DNA of 64,000 nucleotides from assembly GCA_963514005.1 (NCBI GenBank), contig OY740782.1:103292001-103356000 (forward strand), written 5' to 3'. Numbering within the stretch: the first letter of the stretch is position 1; each line of letters opens with the position of its first letter. The notes below the pieces were generated by a model. The model did not search any database, was not told the DNA's origin, and was given only the letters and a program-made list of their open reading frames with translations. Source of the DNA: Raja brachyura. Lineage: Eukaryota. Positions 50,801 to 59,800 of this stretch are shown in pieces. A program made the translations under genes and the position numbers.

Positions 50801-53800
50801 GGATTACATGGCACTGAAATGAAAGATCAGATATGACTTGGTTGAATGGCAGAGCAGGGAAGAGGAGATGAATTATCTACATTTGCTTCTGTTCTTTATA
50901 TTCATATTTTGGTGCTTGAAAATGTGTAGTGCACACTAATAAATCAGATGCTTGCTACAAGGGACGTCAATCATACATGTGGAATATTATCTTTGTGTTG
51001 ATAATATTGATACTCCATTTCCATCAATGATCCCAAAGGATCACCAAAATTGTCGCTATTTAGGTGAATACATAAGAACCCAAATCTTTACGGCAACAAT
51101 AGTCATGTAATTCTTTGAAATAGCAAATTTATTATCACAAAATATAATTGTGATAATGCCAATATGATATTGAGAAATATTTCTGCATTGTAGCCACCTC
51201 AGTTCTGTACAGATTCTGATAAATCTAATCAAGGAAGGCTGCAGGATGCTTTGACTTTGAAGTTAAAAATAAAAATGAAAAGGACATCTTACGACAAAAG
51301 GTTAAGAAGGTTGAGCATAGAGATTATGGAGGGCGAGTTCCTGACTATATTCAAGGCTGGGTGACAAACTGTTGGTTTACAGGGAAATCAATGCTCATGC
51401 AAAACAAGGAAAAGTGGGATCAACGTCATGATTATTAAAGATTTTAGCAGAATCCCTAGTCCAAAACGGAAATGGCTTTCCATGAAGAGCTAACTATCCT
51501 GCTTTCTTTTCCTTAATTCTTCGGTTTAGATTTTTTATGATGTCATGCGAACCGTTGCAGTTAAGAAGCGATCACGTTAAAAATGCTGTTATGATTCATA
51601 TTGTATACCTACATCTTCACCAGGCTTTCCAGGTACACCTTGAGGACCACGAGCGCCAGCTGGACCCTGAAGAATAAAAGGAAAGAAGGAAAGTAAAAAT
51701 TAACTAAAAGTTCCCAGAATTTAGGAAATATTGAGTGAAATAAATATTGGCTTTGGTGTATACTTACAGTTGAACCAGATTCACCAGAAATGCCTGGCAG
51801 TCCTGGAGGTCCAGGAGAACCCTGAAAGAGAGCACATGCATCTGATTACAATTCATCATAAGTGAAATCTTCGAAAATAACTTTAATGCGAATATTTAAA
51901 ATGGAGGTAGTACAATGTGTTGCATAGTTTCAATTATAACTAGGTAAGGATTTTAAGACAAGAGATCATAATACTTACAGGGACACCAGAGGATCCTTGT
52001 GGGCCTCTCACTCCCATTGGTCCCTGAAAAAATATATATTATGTTTAAATTAGTATACAAAATCATAGTCATTACTAAAACACAAACATATCTATATTCA
52101 GTGAACTAAACACAACTGAGAAGGAAACAAGATTGATTAGGCCAAGAGTGATTGATGAACTAATGGACTTATAATAAGTCTTATCTTTTTAGCTGTATTT
52201 AGGGCAAGCCTTTGAAAATGGTTGGGCACAGCTTAAAACAACAACCCTTGAAAACTAAATCACAAATTAAATTAGGTTTAAGAGAAACCAAATTGAGAGC
52301 TTAACTTGTAATGTTACATTCATTGGAATCATGTATTAGTTTCTACCAATTAAAGGTAAATGCAAAATGTGATTTAATCCAGGAACTTACAACATAGAAC
52401 AGTAACAGGCCCTTCAGCCCACAATGTTTGTGCCAAACATGATATCAAGTTAAACTAATCTCCGCTATCTGCATGTGATCCTTATCCCTCCATTTCCTAC
52501 ATCCATGTGTAACTACTTCACTGTGCATTGTTGATCATGTTTCAGATGGTAGAGCCTCACCATATATTACTTTTATGTTCAGTATGCTTTAGAATGATAA
52601 ACATTGAAACCAATTATCCCCCAAAGAAAGCAGAGGATTAAATAACTAGTTAATCTGTTATAACAAAGTGCTGGAAATTCTCAGTCGTCTATACAGCTTC
52701 TGCAGAGAGAGATACATAATTTGAGAAGTTCTGGGTTCTCATTGGAGATCATTGACCTAAAACAATTAACTGTTTTTCTCTTGAGTGCTGCTGCCTGACC
52801 TGATGGTATTTCTAGTTATTATTTTTTAATGCTTTCCAGCCTGATCAGTGTTTGCTTATGACAGCTTTGTGTGTTTATGATGGCGTGGTTGGTGGGGGGG
52901 ATGATTCAGGTTGTAGAGCTCTCTGTTCTCCATTAACTAAAACCTAACATTTTAACCAAGTTTGCTCTGAAGCAAGGAAACTAAAAGCTAGTTCCTAACA
53001 GATGAGAAACACACCCAACAATTTAACATTCCAGCAATAATGCATTTATTTTTAGGTTAGATGCCTTGTTGAATTACTGGAATGAAGATCAAGTCTTCTG
53101 AAGAGTGAGCAACCAGACAAACCAAGCTTTCCACAGAACATAGAAAAGTACAGCACAGGAACAGGCCCCAGCCCACAATGTCCATTCCTGAAACCAAGAT
53201 AAACTCATCCCACCTGCCTGCACATGATACATATCCCTCTATTCCTTGCATTTGTGCGTGCCTATCTAAAGGCCTTTCATGACAATGTGTATTGGGACAT
53301 GCTTATAAACGAACCTAACAAACTAAAACACTGATTTTTGTTGTATCTGTTGTAAAGTTATAGTGACCTAAATTTCCTTCATTGTTCCAATGAGATTTGT
53401 CAATTAAAACCAAATCTTCTGATTAGAATTGGAGGATAGGTTACACGAGGGAATTTCATTATTACTCACTTTTTTGAGTTGTGCTTGCTTAATTGTGGGC
53501 AGGTTTTAATTTAAACACAAAACTAACCTTACTGACTAAAACCAAAGTACTCCACATATCTTCTATTGGACACTGTCTCCAGCCTTTTGTTTGGAAAGGG
53601 GATGATGTGATATGGTATAGTGCAGTAAGATGGGTTAATAACAGAGAGTCAACAAGAGGATGCCATTTGGATTTTACTTGTACTTTAGGCCAAAAGAATA
53701 CAACATTTCACTTGCTTACCACATAATTAGCATCCTGTCTAGTTTCCATTTCAAAATTCTAGTTTTCACAGTGGTATTAATCTTGACTGTAATCTATTTC

Positions 53801-56800
53801 ACTGGCTCAATTGGACTGAGTGGGAGTTAATGTCAAATTAATCACTGGAATTGCATCCAAGGAGAATGCAGTGATAAGAAATGGATTTCATGCAAAGTGA
53901 AAACCATTTTCTTCACACCTTGAACCTGTATAGGTGGGGAATACTATTCTCCCAATAAACTTGTTCTTTAAAGGGGCAATTTTAAAGCGACGCAGTTATG
54001 TAGAACATCTGATTCAGAAGGAATAATGTTCCTTGTAGCATATAGGGTCACTTCTATAATAACAAGGCAAGCTAACAGTTTGAAAGCTTCACATGTTCTG
54101 GTATATTCTGGTACCTTGTCAATCCAAGTTACATTTCTAAACCTTTCTTGTCATAATCAAACCTCTATAAGTATTTTTCCGCCCATAGTTTACGTGTTCC
54201 ATAAACCCACATTTCCACTGCGCATCAACAATTGCAGTACTTTGACTTGATTAACTGCACCTGTTCATTTTTGATGTCCCAAACTGAATATTATTTAAAA
54301 GTATTTTCATTAATTTTGAATTTGCTCACACCTATTGAGCAAAAAAAAAGTTAATAACAATAAATTTGTATACAATTGTGTTTCTGCGCAGGGAGAATCT
54401 AATCTTGATGTTTAGCCCGAGGTGTAGCGGGATGATTGTAGAAGAGGTTATAAATACGTACGGGGATTCCTGGTGTCTGGTCATCTCGTTTGTACTGAGC
54501 AGCATAGCTCTGAAACAAGCACAGAAATACGTTACTGCTTGATGAAAGTCCTTCACATTATCAGTTTATATGACTTGTGGGAATATTTACTACATTAAAA
54601 GATCATGGCTGCACTGCTTGAAGAGAGCGTTAAACACATGTACACATCTGGACACATGCAGACACATATTTCTTCACAATTAACAACTGCAAGATCAATA
54701 CAAAACACTTTCCCATACAATGCAAAGCAAGCGTACTTACTAACTAGAATCTAGAAGGTCTTGAGTGTGGGATAGGATATATCATTCTTTGTGAATTTCA
54801 TAGCGTCATAGAGTTATACAGCAGAGAAATGTGCCCTTCAGCCCATCATATCCATTATGGCCTTTTTGCCCATCTACACCAATTCTATTTGGTTGCATTA
54901 GGGGACCTTATGTTTCTCCACCTTGTTTGCTTGACTGTAGTAATTGCATCTAATTCCACCACCTCCACTGGCAGTGAGTTCCAGATACCAAACATTCTTT
55001 GTGTAGTAAAGTTACCCTTCAGATCCCCTTAAACTTCTATTCTCTCACCTTAAACCTGAGCCCTCAGGTTTTAGACAATATACAATAGGTGCAGGAGTAG
55101 GCCATTTGGCCCTTTGAGCCAGCACCACCATTCAATGTGATCATGGCTGATCATCCACACTCAGTACCCCGTTCCTGCCTTCTCCCCATATCCCCTGACT
55201 CCGCTATCTTCAACAGCCCCATCTAGCTCTCTCTTGAAAGTATCCAGAGAACCGGCCTTCACTGCTCTCTGAGGCAGAGAATTCCACAGACTCACAACTC
55301 TGTGTGAAAAAGTGTTTCCTCATCTCCGTTCTAAATGGCTTACCCCTTATTCTTAAACTGTGGCCCCTGGTTCTGGATTCCCCCAACATCGGGAACATGT
55401 TTCCTGCCTCTAGCGTGTCCAAACCCTTAATAATCTTATATGTTTCAATAAGATGCCCTCTCATCATTTTTGATACCTCCACCATGAGGAAAATATCTTG
55501 TCTATCTACCTTATCTGTGCTTCTCATAATCTTGGCTACTCTATTAGGTAACCCTCTCAACCTCCGTCACGTCCGGGAAAACAGCCCTTCTAAACGCTGC
55601 CCAGAATTTAAATCCTCCAATCCAGACAATCACATTCTTCCTTTAGTGTGCTAATCAGAACTGCACACAATATTCCAAATATGGCCCATCCAGTGTTTTA
55701 TAAAGTCACATCATAACATCTCAAATCTCGCAATTGATGACACAGTGTGGTATGGTTGGGATAGTCCTACTTTACACTATTTCTCTCCAGCATACACTGG
55801 CTAGTGACCTTTCCTCGGTCACTAGATCCAAATGCACAATATTATACTGTGCTCCATTTCCAAAATATGTTTCCGTTCAGTTCAGTGAACTGTCGCCAAT
55901 ATAAATGTGATCAGCTAGCAACTTACAAAGCCGGGTGGTCCAGGAGGTCCAGAAGAGCCTGGGATGCCTGGGATTCCATCTTTGCCGTCTGGTCCTCGTG
56001 GACCCTATGATAGAAAGAATGGAGATTGTGACTTTGCACTGGAAGGCATAATAAATACAAAGTGGATAGTCAATATTTAAGAATTTAATTGAAATGGTGC
56101 ATCCGGCATTGTTAAATCAATGCCAACTGAAAACAAACTGAAGTATCAAATAATGTTCTGGAGAATAAATATTTTCACCAAAACATGTTTAATTACAAAA
56201 AAAATCTCCATGAACACTGAAACCAATTAAAGCATAAATACCCTGTCTCCGGATGGGCCTCGGTTGCCAGTGGGTCCTTGTGGTCCCTGAAGACAAAAAT
56301 ATTTGGATCTAGTTAGATACGGGAAACCAAAACATAATTCAATCTGTTCCAGCATGTTATTCAGCATATAATTACACCATTGATCTATTACAGTTCCTGT
56401 GTTCTTTTCTTTGATAACATTTATTATGTGTATGCTTAAGGGGAAAGATGGAAAGCAGAGCCTTCAATTATAAGATATCTTTCAAATCCATATATCTCCA
56501 AACTTGTCCCTTCTTGGAAAGCTCAGTAGGTGACACTCCCACCTCAGAGGCAGAAGGTTCTAGTTTCAACACACAAATCTTAACTGGCACTGCTTGAAGT
56601 ATCGTCTTTCAGGTAGGAGGTTAAATCACAGCCCAGTCTGCCTTCTCAGGTGGCCGCATAAGATCCCTTGACCAATATTTATCTGCCACCAAATAATATT
56701 AGAAGCAGATTATCCAATCACTATTACATTGTTGTTTATGAAAGTTTGCTTTGCACATTTTGGCTATTGCATTTCCTGTATTAGAACAATGACTCAATTT

Positions 56801-59800
56801 CAAAAGTATTGCATTGGCTTTATAGTACATTTATGCATCCTGAAAAAAACATTAAGAGCACTGTATAAATACTTTTCATATCAGGAAACAAGCAGTTAAT
56901 ATGCACAGAGGAAGTTTTTCTGATAAAATAATTCTGTAACCTAGTTTTGGTGTTATTTGTTGAGGACAGTACAAGTGAGGAATCCCTCTGAACTTGTTTG
57001 ATTAATAAAAAGGAATATTTTGCATTTTTGTGAAAGTTGATGGGCCATGGTTTTATATAATTCAAATTGAAGTGCCCCTGACAATTGAATGGTCCTGCAC
57101 TGAAATTTCAACTCGGGTCATACCATTAAGTCAGTGGAGTGGGGTTTGAAGCTACCACTGAATTGGAGGTAAAAGTGCCATGACTGAGCCTCGACCAGCA
57201 GATACATTTAATTTCCTCAGAGAGACTCTGAGAAAGAAAATTAATGTAAACAATTACAAAAGCTATGGTGGATGATCAAATAGATGCACACTGAAATGCT
57301 AAGAGTAAAAAGCTGTTCAGAGACTTTTGTTGTAGTGTGCCATTTTTCACTTAAAACATAAGTGTAGATTACACTAATTGTTTTTCATTTCTCTATCCAA
57401 TTTTGCTCATGACTCCTTGACATTGTATGGAAATAATGTATCAAAATGAATTTTATATTATTCTATTATTTATCCAAATAATAGGATAATTACCAGAACA
57501 ACTTGGTTAAGTGTGATGATATAGTTCATTACATTCTTCCTTCATGATAGCCCTGCTAATACTTGATTGGGGTTCAATACTGGCGTTTGTTCTCTGCATT
57601 GGAAACATATTGCAAAGGCAATGGGTACGATTGAGCAAATTACTGCTTGGTCTGATTCAGAAAAGGCAGATGTCTATAATTAATAAGGAGTTTTTCCTGA
57701 AACAGGAAATCAAAGTGGTCCTATCCAGGGGGTCTTGGTGGACAGCAATTGACAATAGGGCTGTGTTGCTGCATTCCAGCCCAGGGAGAATGTGTGAGAA
57801 AGAAGGGGGCCACCTGATGTAAAACATGTAAAATTCAAGCTTTACGTTGATGTGATATATTGCAGGGAATTCCAATGCTATTGATGCAGTAGGCCAACTC
57901 TCAAAAGGATTTGACGTGGAGTTGGAATGGTCTTAGCCATGTATCAACCTTTATTCTATTTTTGTTATTGAGGTTTTTTTCTGCTTCGTTGTTTCCTGTC
58001 AATTTGGCAAAAACACTATAGATGGCACAATGTATGAACCTGTGGCATATTATGTATTTGATAGGAATGGATGTGTCTTTCTCGTGAGTGACAGTGATTA
58101 CATAAGTATGGTAAGAATAGGCAAGTATGAATCATGCCTCTGATCAGCATTTGGTTTCCATTAATCAGTATTAAACACAATTGTTTAAATAGATCTAAAG
58201 GAACCTTAATGGACAAATATACACAGGGTACAGGATATAAAACAGTATAGATGCTCTCATGAACTTCGAAAGAAGTAGAAATGGACTTTTAATTAAAATG
58301 TATTGAAACTGGTATCTGGAAATACCTGATAGTGAGGAAATTGAGCTAGTTTAATTAGACTTTGTGCTGGAAATTAGGTAATTCATAGCTCTCCTTCTAT
58401 GTGTCGGAAGAAACTGCAAATGCTGGTTTAAACCGAAGATAGACACAAAATGCTGGAGTAACTCAGCGGGTCAGGCAGCTTTCTCTGGAGAAAAGGAATA
58501 GGTGACGTTTCAGGACGAGACCCTTCACTAGACTGGTTACATTTCAGCAACTTATAGAAATGTCATATGAAATGTCATGCATGCTGTCACTAATAACATG
58601 ATTATTTAATTATACATACCGTCAATTCATCTTGGTAACCCTGCAATAGAAAGAATACATTTAATTACCTTACAAAAATCCAAATTTAATTTAATTTTTA
58701 AGAAATAGACTGTAATGATTTCAACACTTACATCATTTCCATTGTCTGCAGAAAAAGAAAAGAAGACATTAATTAGGAATTAGCCATATTAAAAAAAATG
58801 TACATTTGATAATACATCGTATGCACACATTCCAGATTTGAAACAAGCCTCCATAAATGTGCTACCTGGTTTATTTTGTAGAATTTACAGAGTGGAAGTT
58901 GCTATATGATTATGAAAAAATTAGGAAATATATTCTCTGCTCACTATTTGTTATAAACCAGCATGACATTCTACATTTGATATCAGATTTTGCTAGAAAT
59001 CTGCCCACAATCTTTTTCAGATATGTACAAAATGTCATTTATGTTTAATTCTCAGTAAATAAAAATCTTACACTTGCATTGGTAAGGTAATTTATGAATT
59101 TAAACCATGTTTTAGTAACACATAATCGCATTGTGATTTAGACAAAGGTTAAACTAAATGCTTTGTAATTGGAACACTTTACATTTATAAGACGCAGTGT
59201 TTAGAATCCTAAGCATATTGTCAAAAAATGACCCTTCTTTAAGATATATAGAACACTTTTTCTTTCAGGCACCTGCATTAGTTCTCAGAGATCAAGTTTG
59301 TGATAAGTAGAGAAAAACTTTATTCAATATATGGTTGAACCCCATGTTTACAGGTGAACCCGTCTTCTCATAATTATTGTGCCTATGACATCATAAACAA
59401 GATTGCGATTCGTGGATAAAATTGGTGACTGTGTTATCTGAATCCTTAAAATAAATATAATTGAAATTGGTTCACATAGAATTCTTAACTGGCAATAGAG
59501 CCAAAAGAACGACAAAGCCAATAAACTGGATTTCAACTCGGGTCCCGAAGAACCCAACATAATTTTTGATCCCCATTGCACTACCCAATGTAGCTTGTGA
59601 AATAAAAAGTTGAAAGGGTTGAATATGTGGGCTAGTCCTCCTCACTAATTGCATTAAAGCCGAATGGAGTGGCCTAAAGTAGCACTGAACCAGATAGTGT
59701 AAAAACAGATATCCAATTTGTTTTTGTTGTAACTCAGATTTGGATCAATCATGACTTGGGATAATCTGTGTCATCAGAGGAGAAATTCATTTTTCGCAGC

